The translations under genes were made by a program, and so were the position numbers. From the NCBI GenBank assembly GCA_002269645.1, contig NIVC01000065.1:124001-188000 (forward strand): a stretch of 64,000 nucleotides of DNA, written 5' to 3'. Positions 48,901 through 60,188 of this stretch are shown here, in pieces. Position 1 is the stretch's first letter; each line of letters opens with the position of its first letter. The stretch is from Macrostomum lignano (Eukaryota). The notes below the pieces were generated by a model. It saw only the letters and a program-made list of their open reading frames with translations, was not told the origin of the DNA and did not search any database.

Positions 48901-51900
48901 GGAGGCTGGCCCAGCAACTGAGGATCTAGGAGGCTGGTCCAGCAACTGAGGATCTTGGAGGCTGGCCCAGCAACTGAGGGTCTGGGAGGTTGGCCCAGCA
49001 ACTGAGGGTCTGGGAGGCTGGCCCAGCAACTGAGGATCTGGGAGGCTGGCCAAGAAACTGACACTCTGGGAGGCTGGCCCAGCAACTGAGGATCTGGGAG
49101 GCTGGTCCAGCAACTGAGGATCTGGGAGGCTGGCCCAGCAACTGGGGATCAGGGAGGCTGGCCCAGTTACTTACTGAGACAGCAGCTACGATAGTGTAGC
49201 ACTGATCTGGCGTTACACAAACTAATATCCAATTATGAACTGATTTGCTGCCATAAACCCGACCAAACTGTATGGATAATCGTTTATTTGCAAAATTCCT
49301 TTCTATTAAAACTGTCACGGGTCTAAATAACTCGTAGTAAGAGACTGAAAAGCGTTTAAAGGTCTAAAAAACAAGCACAATATTCGCGATGCTTTCAATC
49401 GTCATCACGCTTGATGCAGTCCAATTCGGCTGCTCATCAAATTCGGATGCAGAGCGGCTGTGACGCAGCGAAGTCACAGCTGCCAAATTCCGAAGCAGGC
49501 CATTGGGTGGAAGACGCTGGTGCACCTCTTGTACAGCTGGAATCGCGTGGCCCTGAGCTGATCGTCCAGGCGCGGCTGCTCCGGCTGCGGCATCTGCGTG
49601 GCCGCGGGACTGGCCGAGCTGGGCTGCGGAAATGTTTGAGGAGAAATGAAGTGAAGATTTTTATTGAACCAGGGGTTTTAGCACCAGGGGTTTTAGCACC
49701 AGGGGCTTTAGCACTAGGGGTTTTAGCACTAGGGGTTTTAGCACCAGGGGTTTTAGCAACAGGGGTTTTAGCACTAGGGGTTTTAGCACCAGGGGCTTTA
49801 GCACCAGGGGCTTTAGCACCAGGGGGCGCCAGCACCAGGGGGCGCCAGCACCAGGGGCGCCAGCACCAGGGGGCGCCAGCACCAGGGGGCGCCAGCACCA
49901 GGGGCGCCAGCACCAGGGGGCGCCAGCACCAGGGGGCGCCAGCACCAGGGGGCGCCAGCACCAGGGGGCACCAGCACCAGGGGGCGCCAGCACCAGGGGG
50001 CTCCAGCAACAGGGGCGCCAGCACCAGGGGCGCCAGCACCAGGGGGCTCCAGCACCAGGGGGCGCCAGCACCAGGGGGCGCCAGCACCAGGGGGCGCCAG
50101 CACCAGGGGGCGCCAGCACCAGGGGCACCAGCACCAGGGGGCGCCAGCACCAGGGGGCTCCAGCAACAGGGGGCGCCAGCACCAGGGGCGCCAGCACCAG
50201 GGGGCTCCAGCACCAGGGGGCGCCAGGACCAAGGGGCGCCAGCACCAGGGGCGCCAGGACCAAGGGGCGCCAGCACCAGGGGGCGCCAGCACCAAGGGGC
50301 GCCAGCAACAGGGGGCGCCAGCACCAGAGGATTTAGCACCAAGGGACGCCAGCAGTTCCCTTTGCAAAAACCAACAAGAGCCAGTAGTCCCCAGCAACTA
50401 AACTGCAGCCTCAAAGGCAGCTTACCGGGCACTCGATGATCCGCCAGCTGGCAGGGCGGCAGCCCGCTGCTGAGCAGCCGCAGTCAGGCAGACCAGCAGC
50501 ATCGCAGCCTGCAGTTTCCTGAAGTTCATGGCTTTCTTCCGCTACGGGAGAATGATGGCTGCTTTGCAAGAACTTTTTGGAGATCTTGGTGCGGAAAAAT
50601 TGCTTCTGACCCGAGTCCATTTTATAGACTTTTCTATTCGAATCCGCCTTCAGAAAGTTGCCGCTCTTTGCCTGTTTTTCGACAATTATCTTTCCAAAGA
50701 AGTTCCGTTTTAGGAAAGAAGCAATTTCGACATGCTTGGAGAGATTTGAGACCACTCACAGCAGTTTTCTATGCGAAATTGCTGGGACAAAAATTTTTCA
50801 ATTGATGGGCAAGGGCGCAGGTGATTATTTTTTCTTTTGAATCTTTTGAATGCCTTTTTCCGATTTATCAAAGACGGAAGAGAAAAAACACATCACATCA
50901 AAGCGAAATAATTACTGTGTAAAGTTGGCACAGTTTATGAATCAGAAATTTTGTCCCTTTGGTTTATCGAACCTTTAATCGGTGGGAAATTTCTTGGAGG
51001 AGAACTGCACGCTTATGAATTCACAGCAAAAGGAATCAGACAATTTTTACTTCTCACTGAACTGACATCCTGGGTACTCAATAGAGCACATGTAGTGCAT
51101 CCAAGAAGGAGGTTTAAGTGGCCCAAGAACTGAGGATCTGGGAGGCTAGTGGCCCAGCAACTGAGGGTCTGGGAGGCTGGCCCAGCAACTGGGGATCTGG
51201 GAGGCTGGCCCAGCAACTGTGGATCGGGGAGGCTGGCCCAGCAACTGTGGATCTGGGAGGCTGGCACAGCAACTGGGGATCTGGGAGGCTAGCCCAGCAA
51301 CTGGGGGATCTGGGAGGCTGGCCCAGCAACTGGGGGATCTGGGAGGCTGGCCCAGCAACTGAGGATCTGGGAGGCTGGCCCAGCAACTGGGGATCTGGGA
51401 GGCTGGCCCAGCAACTGGGGATCTGGGATGCTGGCCCAGCAACTGAGGATCTGAGAGGCTGGCCCAGCAACTGAGGATCTGGGATGCTGGCCCAGCAACT
51501 GAGGATCTGGGAGGCTGGCCCAGCAACTGGGGATCTGGGATGCTGGCCCAGCAACTGGGGATCTGGGAGGCTAGTGGCCCAGCAACTGGGCATCTGGGAG
51601 GCTAGTGGCCCAGCAACTGAGGGTCTGGGAGGCTGGTGGCCCAGCAACTGGGGATCTGGGAGGCTAGTGGCCCAGCAACTGAGGGTCTGGGAGGCTGGCC
51701 CAGCAACTGGGGATCTGGGAGGCTGGTCCAGCAACTGGGGATCTGGGAGGCTGGCCCAGCAACTGGGGATCTGGGAGGCTGGCCCAGCAACTGAGGATAT
51801 GGGAGGCTGGCCCAGCAACTGTGGATCGGGGAGGGGACCTACTAAGTTGTGACCTTGGAATTGTCTCACCCGATCAGCACCAGTTAAGAAGCACACGACA

Positions 51901-52412
51901 GCCCGCAGCTCTGATGGCGTCAATCCCAAACCAACCCAACCGCCACCAATACGCAGGGCTACCACTGCGACCACTGCAATCAGCAGCTGGACCGCACCTG
52001 CCTGACCGCCTTTCTGCGACACCGGCCGGTCTCCTACCCGTTGGGTGGCCCGGCAGACTCCGTGGCCTCCCGCTGCCAGCAACTGGTGCACGATCACCTG
52101 GACCGATGGTCAGCGGAGCGGCTACTCCGCCGGAGTCAGCCGGGCGCCTTCCTAATCAGGCAGAGCGGCGAAAAGCTCGTCCTGTCCATCCGATGGCAGC
52201 GAGCCGAGGCCTATCACGTGATCATCCAGCAGCGGGTATCGGGTTCCACTGGCAGCCAGCAGTACTCGGTAGATCCCAAGAATGGCATCTGGCACCAGAG
52301 CCTGGAACGACTGGTGACTCATCATCGGACCAACACATTAACCATCGAGAATGTGACAGGTATTTGCCTGCTGGAGCTGCTGCTGCCGTCGATTTATGAG
52401 AACTTTAATTAA
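45910..52412 (+). CDS. VAV: Vav-like protein, CH-DH(RhoGEF)-PH-C1-SH2, 692 aa, no SH3 domains
   Basis: Exons 45910-46278, 46865-47521, 48185-48781, 51957-52412, all phase 0, GT-AG. CH: FLSKCVHEFQMKREDLFEAEDL matches Vav-type FLxxCxxxFxxKRxxLFEAxDL. DH ends LNERKR. C1: HRF..CSRC..FQ|GYHCDHC. SH2: GAFLIRQS. Confidence 0.88.
46300..46760. repeat. ~21-bp minisatellite, Vav intron 1
   Basis: Unit CTATTCCCCATCTACCCTGTGT-type. Confidence 0.9.
47630..48160. repeat. ~31-bp minisatellite, Vav intron 2
   Basis: Unit AGAATTATCTCGGGAATCTTCTAAAACCAGG. Confidence 0.9.
48800..49165. repeat. 28-bp minisatellite (dispersed family), Vav intron 3, left
   Basis: Unit CTGAGGATCTGGGAGGCTGGCCCAGCAA. Confidence 0.93.
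49474..50529 (-). CDS. Putative neuropeptide precursor (82 aa), elevenin/L11-like, nested antisense in Vav intron 3
   Basis: Exon 1 50529-50426 (MNFRKLQAAMLLVCLTAAAQQRAAALPAGGSSSA, donor GTAAGC, phase 2); exon 2 49618-49474 (..RATRFQLYKR-CTSVFHPMACFGIWQL*). TATAAA at 50625-50620 and AATAAA at 49288-49283 on the minus strand. Confidence 0.72.
49667..50350. repeat. Bipartite 15/16-bp minisatellite in the neuropeptide-gene intron
   Basis: GCACCAGGGGTTTTA/GCTTTA block then GCACCAGGGG(G)CGCCA block; same family as 37385-38070. Confidence 0.93.
50620..50625 (-). promoter_or_regulatory. TATA box of the nested neuropeptide gene
   Basis: TATAAA on the minus strand about 90 nt upstream of ATG 50529. 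Confidence 0.5.
51120..51835. repeat. 28-bp minisatellite (dispersed family), Vav intron 3, right
   Basis: Unit CTGAGGATCTGGGAGGCTGGCCCAGCAA with 31-bp TAG-insertion variants. Confidence 0.93.
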
Positions 52413-52659
52413 TGCACACATTCTCTACTTGAATCGAATTGATTGCGCGCAGTTTGATCACGGAACTATTATTTACTTATTTAATTAAGAGATTATGGAG
52501 CGATTTATTATTGAGTAGCTAATCAAAAATATACATATTTATTAATACGAAAATGGACACAATGCTAAATGTTTTTTTGACAGTATCCCAAGCAATACCG
52601 CACATGTTGGAATGTTTTACAATGTAGAAAATGTACGTGTGACTGAATGCACATGTACA

Positions 52660-53320
52660 CCAATTCCTGCTGACAAGGAATGCATTGCACACCAATTCCT
52701 GCTGACAAGGAATGCATTGCACACCAATTCCTGCTGACAAGGAATGCATTGCACACCAATTCCTGCTGAAAAGGAATGCATTGCACACCAATTCCTGCTG
52801 ACAAGGAATGCATTGCACACCAATTCCTGCTGACAAGAAATGCATTGCACACCAATTCCTGCTGACAAGATGGCTGACAAGGAATGCATTGCACACCAAT
52901 TCCTGCTGACAAGAAATGCATTGCACACCAATTCCTGCTGACAAGGAATGCATTGCACACCAATTCCTGCTGACAAGGAATGCATTGCACACCAATTCCT
53001 GCTGACAAGGAATGCATTGCACACCAATTCCTGCTGACAAGGAATGCATTGCACACCAATTCCTGCTGACAAGGAATGCATTGCACAACAATTCCTGCTG
53101 ACAAGGAATGCATTGCATAACAATTCCTGCTAACAAGGAATGCATTGCACACCAATTCCTGCTGACAAGGAATGCATTGCACACCAATTCCTGCTGACAA
53201 GATGGCTGACAAGGAATGCATTGCACACCAATTCCTGCTGACAAGGAATGCATTGCACACCAATTCCTGCTGACAAGGAATGCATTGCACACCAATTCCT
53301 GCTGACAAGATGGCTGACTA
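52660..53320. repeat. 32-bp minisatellite
   Basis: Unit CTGCTGACAAGGAATGCATTGCACACCAATTC. Confidence 0.95.
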
Positions 53321-53789
53321 GAAATGCATCAATCCTGAGAAAACATCTGAGCTCGTAAAGTCGCCCAGAAAGCATCCTAGAAACCATTAATGGACAAATA
53401 AATTGAAAATGCAAATCAAACTGTTGTACACGTTTTTATCGTAGACAGCCTACTCAAAAGAAAACAGCATGCTTTCAGCGATGGGCGAGTTCTGGCAGCA
53501 ATTTTCATTTATTTATCATAACAAAAATCATAAACAGGGCCATTAAATAAAATAATGCTCTTTAATATGCTGGTGTGGAAAGGCAAACTCTGCATGTAGC
53601 CTGCAGGTTCAAGACATGAATCTAAACAACATAGCTAGCGCAAGGCAGTGTGGGTGCTGTGATCAAAATTGAACAGGTTTTGTTAATAAATAGCTTTGAC
53701 TGTCATCATTACTCAGGTATACGGATGAAGTGACTTTGAATTGTCATTTTTCTGAGAAAATGTAAGCCAAAACTGGTATTAGAGGGCTG

Positions 53790-54745
53790 CAGGGTAAAAT
53801 TGGTAGCCAAACTGACACTAGAGGGTAAAATTGGTAGCCAAACTGACACTAGAGGGTAAAATTGGTAGCCAAACTGACACTAGAGGGTAAAATTGGTAGC
53901 CAAACTGACACTAGAGGGTAAAATTGGTAGCCAAACTGACACTTGAGGGTAAAATTGGAAGCCAAACTGACACTTGAGGGTAAAATTGGAAGCCAAACTG
54001 ACACTTGAGGGTAAAATTGGAAGCCAAACTGACACTTGAGGGTAAAATTGGAAGCCAAACTGACACTAGAGGGTAAAACTGGTAGACAAACTGACACTAG
54101 AGGGTAAAACTGGTAGCCAAACTGACACTGGAGGGTAAAATTGGTAGCCAAGTTGACACTAGAGGGTAAAATTAGTAGCCAAACTGACACTAGAGGGTAA
54201 AATTGGTAGCCAAACTGACACTAGAGGGTAAAATTGGTAGCCAAACTGACACTAGAGGGTAAAATTGGTAGCCAAACTGACACTAGAGGGTAAAATTGGA
54301 AGCCAAACTGACACTAGAGGGTAAAACTGGTAGACAAACTGACACTAGAGGGTAAAACTGGTAGCCAAACTGACACTAGAGGGTAAAATTGGTAGCCAAA
54401 CTGACACTAGAGGGTAAAATTAGTAGCCAAACTGACACTAGAGGGTAAAATTGGTAGCCAAACTGACACTAGAGGGTAAAATTGGTAGCCAAACTGACAC
54501 TAGAGGGTAAAATTGGTAGCCAAACTGACACTAGAGGGTAAAATTGGTAGCCAAACTGACACTAGAGGGTAAAATTGGTAGCCAAACTGACACTAGAGGG
54601 TAAAATTGGTAGCCAAACTGACACTAGAGGGTAAAATTGGTAGCCAAACTGACACTAGAGGGTAAAATTGGTAGCCAAACTGACACTAGAGGGTAAAATT
54701 GGTAGCCAAACTGACACTAGAGGGTAATATCGGTAGACAAACTGA
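53790..54745. repeat. 31-bp minisatellite
   Basis: Unit AGAGGGTAAAATTGGTAGCCAAACTGACACT, about 30 copies. Confidence 0.96.
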
Positions 54746-55371
54746 CAATTAAAGGCAGATAGGCAACATATTGAGCTAAAAGACAATTTCATAATTTTAG
54801 CAATGATATGGTTTCAATAATATCATTAAATTGCCTACGCCGTAACAACTTGAACTATATCTGAATAACGAAATTGGGTTAAGAGAAAGACGAAAGCAGG
54901 TCAAATAGTCGGGACATTTATTCGGCCACACTGTCAGCTCAGATACATCAAATTTATTCTTGAATAAAATTCAAGATGCGCACACATTAAGTCAGGCATC
55001 ACAAGGCGATAGATAAAAAAGTTAAATTAACAAACTTTATACTTAGAAATAGAAAATAAAAGTACACACCCCTTGTACTACTTCAGAGAACACAAGGCGC
55101 GTTTGTTAAGCCAATTCGCTAAATTTATCGCTTACAACAGAATAAATTCATAAGCTTGAGAATATCAAAATAACAAGCAGCACCAGATTGTTTTTATTTA
55201 AAATATATTTAGAAATAGAGTTTATGGCCAAGGCAAAAATAACTCGTTTGTTGTCAACTACTTTGAGTAGTGTATCATATCCTATGCAAACATGTTTGTT
55301 AATATCTTCACCTTTTCCAACCGGAGTGTTTCAATGCCTTTGCGCTGGCTATAAGGGCTGGGAAAGTGGCG

Positions 55372-55845
55372 GTGGCCCAGCAACTGGGGATCTGGGAGGC
55401 TGGCCCAGCAACTGAGGATCTGGGAGGGTGGTCCAGCAGCTGGGGATCTGGGAGGCTGGCCCAGCAACTGAGGATCTTGGAGGCTGGCCCAGCAACTGAG
55501 GATCTGGGAGGCTGGCCCAGCAACTGAGGATCTTGGAGGCTGGCCCAGCAACTGAGGATCTTGGAGGCTGGCCCAGCAACTGAGGATCTTGGAGGCTGGC
55601 CCAGCAACTGAGGATCTGGGAGGCTGGCCCAGCAACTGAGGATCTGGGAGGGTGGTCCAGCAACTGAGGATCTGGGAGGCTGGCCTAGCAACTGAGGATC
55701 TGGGAGGCTGGCAAGGCAACTGAGGATCTGGGAGGCTGGCCCAGCAACTGAGGATCTGGGAGGCTGGCCCAGCAACTGAGGATCTGGGAGGCTGGCCTAG
55801 CAACTGAGGATTTGGGAGGCTGGAACAGCAAGTGAGGATCTGGGA
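55372..55845. repeat. 28-bp minisatellite (dispersed family) just downstream of the HERC stop codon
   Basis: Unit CTGAGGATCTGGGAGGCTGGCCCAGCAA. Confidence 0.93.
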
Positions 55846-55912
55846 CAATCAATACAGGCAGTCTCCAGCTAAGCAAGCAAACTGGCATCAGATAAAAAAA
55901 GCAGATAATTCT

Positions 55913-58403
55913 TCAAACCAGCGCAAATCCTTCAGTCTGCTCAATAGCCTGAGTCAGTTTCCGCCTGAGCGAGTCTTTATCAGGATAGACGGGCAGGTCT
56001 AGCAGATTATAGCAGGTGTGCGCCACAGGCAGGTAGGCGGCGCCGCCGTGCACAGGCTGGATGCGGATTTTCACGGCCGACATGCCCTGCATGGGGACCC
56101 GGTCGCAGCCGGTGAGAAAGTGCAAAAATCTCCTCTTCTGCGCCTCTGTGAAATCGTGATGAAACACGGACCAGAAATTGACAATCACCTCGTGCTTGGC
56201 ATAGTACACGCCGAGATATTCGGCATTCTTCTGCAGCTGGGCCCAGTCAAAATGGTCTTCTTCGCCAATTAGCATGGCCCTCAGCTCGGCCGGTTCGAAC
56301 AGGGCCAGCACGTGACCGCCACACACTTTGTGAAAACCGTCGTGAAACGCAGCGTAGGACTCTTTGCAGCCGGTATTGAACATGTAATCAACGTAGGCGT
56401 CCACGTAGCGTTGCCGGTTGCCCATGACAACGGGCTCGTCGGGCCGATCGCTCAACGGCTGGCGGCGAAGCTCGCCGTAATAGTCGAACTCGATTTCAAA
56501 GGTCAGCATTAGCGACTCGACATCCTCGGCAGACTCTGCTTCTAGCAGATGCTGCAGATTGCGACCAATTGTAGGATCGAGCTCTTTCAGATCCTCTAGA
56601 GTGGGCTTGAGACCCAGCAGTTTCTTGTACATGGCCAGGGGGAAGGCCACCCCGGCTAGGAAGTTATTGTAGATGGCCAGGCCGCACAGGATGCCAATCA
56701 GATGGAACAGGCTGGCATCTTCTAGCGACACGAAATTGAACCAAATCAAATTGGAATCGAAGCTGCGGAACATGCCGTACAGGGGGTCGAGTATTTCTCG
56801 GAAAATCATCTGGAAAAACTCCTTGGACACGCCGCCCTCGTCCTGAGCCTCTTCGCCAACGAATTTCACGCGCAACGGTTTGCGCAGCTCTTCGGGCGGG
56901 AACTTGCTGAGGTGGCTGATGGCGTCCCCGACCAGGTTGTCCCGGCGGACCTGGGCGAGGGAGAGGGGAGATGGGAGAACTGAGGGGGAGGATAGCGAGA
57001 AGAGATGAGGGAAATACTATAAGATGCCATAGAGAATAGGAAAGTGAGATGATACAGAATGGAGACATGGAGTATTATAGATAAGGTTAGAGATCATAGA
57101 CATGAGATATCATAGAGGAAAGATGACACAACATAAAGCAGATATGAGATAACATAGAGCAGAGGGATTTAATAGAGAAATAAGATATCATAGAATAGAG
57201 ATGAGATATCAGAGTAGAGATGAGATATCAAAAAAGAGAGATGAGATATCAAAAAGAAAAGAGATGCCATATCATAGAGAAGAGATAAGGTATCATAGAG
57301 CAGAGATGAGAGAGATGAGAGAGATGAGAGATACCATAGAGCAGAGATGAGATACCATAGAGCAGAGATGAGATACCATAGAGCAGAGAGATCCATGTAT
57401 AATAAAGGAGTGATGAGATACCATAGAGCAGAGAGATCCATGTATAATAAAGGAGTGATGAGATATCATTGAACAGAGAGATCCATGTATAATAAAGGAG
57501 TGATGAGATATCATTGAACAGAGAGATCCATGTATAATAAAGGAGTGATGAGATATCATAGAACAGAGAGATACATTATAATAAAGGAGTGATGAGATAT
57601 CATAGAACAGAGAGATACATTATAATAAAGGAGTGATGAGATATCATAGAACAGAGAGATACAGGTATAATAAAGGAGTGATGAGATATCATAGAGCAGA
57701 GAGATACAGGTATAATAAAGGAGTGATGAGATATCATAGAGCAGAGAGATACAGGTATAATAAAGGAGTGATGAGATATCATAGAACAGAGAGATCCATG
57801 TATAATAAAGGAGTGATGAGATATCATAGAGAGATGAGATATCACAGATAATATCAAGACGTCAACAATGAAAAAAGCAACAATAAGACCAACCTGCAAG
57901 AGCAGCACAGGATTGACCATCCCACCGGCCATAGTCATAGCCGAGAAGAAATTCTGAGTCTGGGCCTGCTGAACCGCTTGATGCATTTTTAATTGCGCAT
58001 CTGCGCGCAGTAGTTTAGTCTTGGCCTCGCCGTCAAACACAAACGGATAGTCGCAGAATGAGAAGTGATCAGGCTGGCCTTTGTGCTGCACCCACAGGAT
58101 GTAGTCTCTGCGGATGGGGATTGCAGGGGGTGGCAATTTTTATATTGGGGGTGGCAGTTAATATTTAACACTTCGGAAGACAATACAGACAGATTTGCAA
58201 CTTGATTTGACCCATTTACAAGTGCACGCAGACACACGATGAGACTAAAAAACCAATTAGACGTAAAGCAAAAGAAAGAATAACAGGCAGGGAGACCAGA
58301 GACAGACAGGTAAAAGCCAAAGCATACACACGCTAAGACACAGAAGACATAAACAAACAGACAAAAACACAGACACAAAGACAAACAGACAGAAAACACT
58401 ACC

Positions 58404-58478
<75 letters not shown>

Positions 58479-58595
58479 GAGACAGACACGCAGAGAGACA
58501 GGCAGACAGGCAGGCAGACAGACAGACAAACAGGCACTAAGACAGACAGACAGACAAACATGCACTAAGACAGACAGACAGACAAACAGGCACTA

Positions 58596-58632
<37 letters not shown>

Positions 58633-60137
58633 CACACAGACAGGCGGCTCACTTCTCAATATCCACCCTGTTATTGAGGTCGGGCAGGTAGAAGCTGCTC
58701 CTGACCAGAGCGGAGTCGCCCCGGTCGGCATTGGCCGAGTGCAGCAGCCGCATGAGCCGCATGCAGCCGGTCAGGCCGCGCTCCTTTGCCAAGGCGCCGG
58801 CCCTGGTGGTGTGAGCCGGCAGCGCCAGAACGTGCGGCGCCACGGCTTTGAAGGTGCGCAGCAGGCGAGCAAAGTGACGCGTAGGCAGCTTGGCCAGCCA
58901 GCCGGTCAGCACGCGGGTCGGCACCGGGTCGAGCTGGGTCAAGCAGAACGCGAAGCCGGAGTGCAGATTTTCGAATAGTTCGGGCCTGGCGAATAGGTGT
59001 AGCAGCGGGGCAACGAGAAAGAATCTGAGGCACTCAACGTCCGGATAGTTCTTGCGCGAGCACTGCTCGTTGAGAAGAGTGATGATGCCGGCTAGAAGCT
59101 GGAATGGTTGCGGCCGGCATAGCGGAGCCAACTTATTATTTGTGACCGAGGCCTGCACCAACACGAGATCTGCTAAAAGACGATGAAGCTTTTAATCAAA
59201 TAGCCCAAATTGGCCTATAAACAAATTTGATTCACAGATTTTAGCGATGAATTATACTTACCTATGAATTACCTACTTACATAATGAACCATATCTACAT
59301 CTGCTGACCTACCTGAATGACCCATATTGACCTACCTGAATGACCCATATTGACCTACCTGAATGACCCATATTGACCTACTGAATGACCCATATTGACC
59401 TACCTGAATGACCCATATTGACCTACTGAATGACCCATATTGACCTACTGAATGACCCATATTGACCTACTGAATGACCCATATTGACCTACCGAATGAC
59501 CTATATTGACCTACCGAATGACCCATATTGACCTACTGAATGACCCATATTGACCTACCGAATGACCCATATTGACCTACCGAATGACCCATATTGACCT
59601 ACCTAATGACACATACTGACCTACCTAACGACCCATATTGACCGGTCTTGGCAATTAGAAAACCCGAACTACTTTAATAAACAGTAATTAGTAAAGTTCC
59701 CATAAAAAACTCACAGCATCCTCGGCATCTTTGCTCAACTGTTTGCCCAACTGTTCCAACAGTTTCACCGCTTCGTCCATGTCGACGCCGTGATCGGCCC
59801 GGCTAGGCGCCGACTCCAATGGCCGGCGTAGAAAAGCGCAATTATAGCTGGCTAGACACTGGGCGCTTTCTCCCAGCTGTCTGCGGTGATTCACAGCGGC
59901 TGACTTCAAGGATTTGTCCAGCTGAAGCGGCTCTGGCGCCAGAGCAAGCCAGGATGGTCGATGGCAGCGGAAATCGTCCGGCGACTGCGGCGCGTCGGGC
60001 CTGAGCGGCGCTAGAGCGGCCTGAATAGCGGGAGTTTATAAATTATAACACGTCTCGATTTTAGGACGGCTCTCTTATGAAAAAAGCTTTTGTCAGTTTT
60101 TTATGATCGCCTGTCTGCCAGTGTCTTTCTGCCTGCC

Positions 60138-60188
<51 letters not shown>

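Noticed and set aside
49570-49650. Plus-strand RGCSGCGIC as the missing half of the Vav C1 domain
   Set aside because: Wrong phase and followed by a stop; the true continuation GYHCDHC is at 51957 in phase 0.
49411-50439. Long plus/minus ORFs (330-340 aa, Gly/Pro/Ala-rich, collagen- or elastin-like)
   Set aside because: They read through the 15/16-bp intronic array; the biologically coherent reading is the spliced minus-strand peptide gene.
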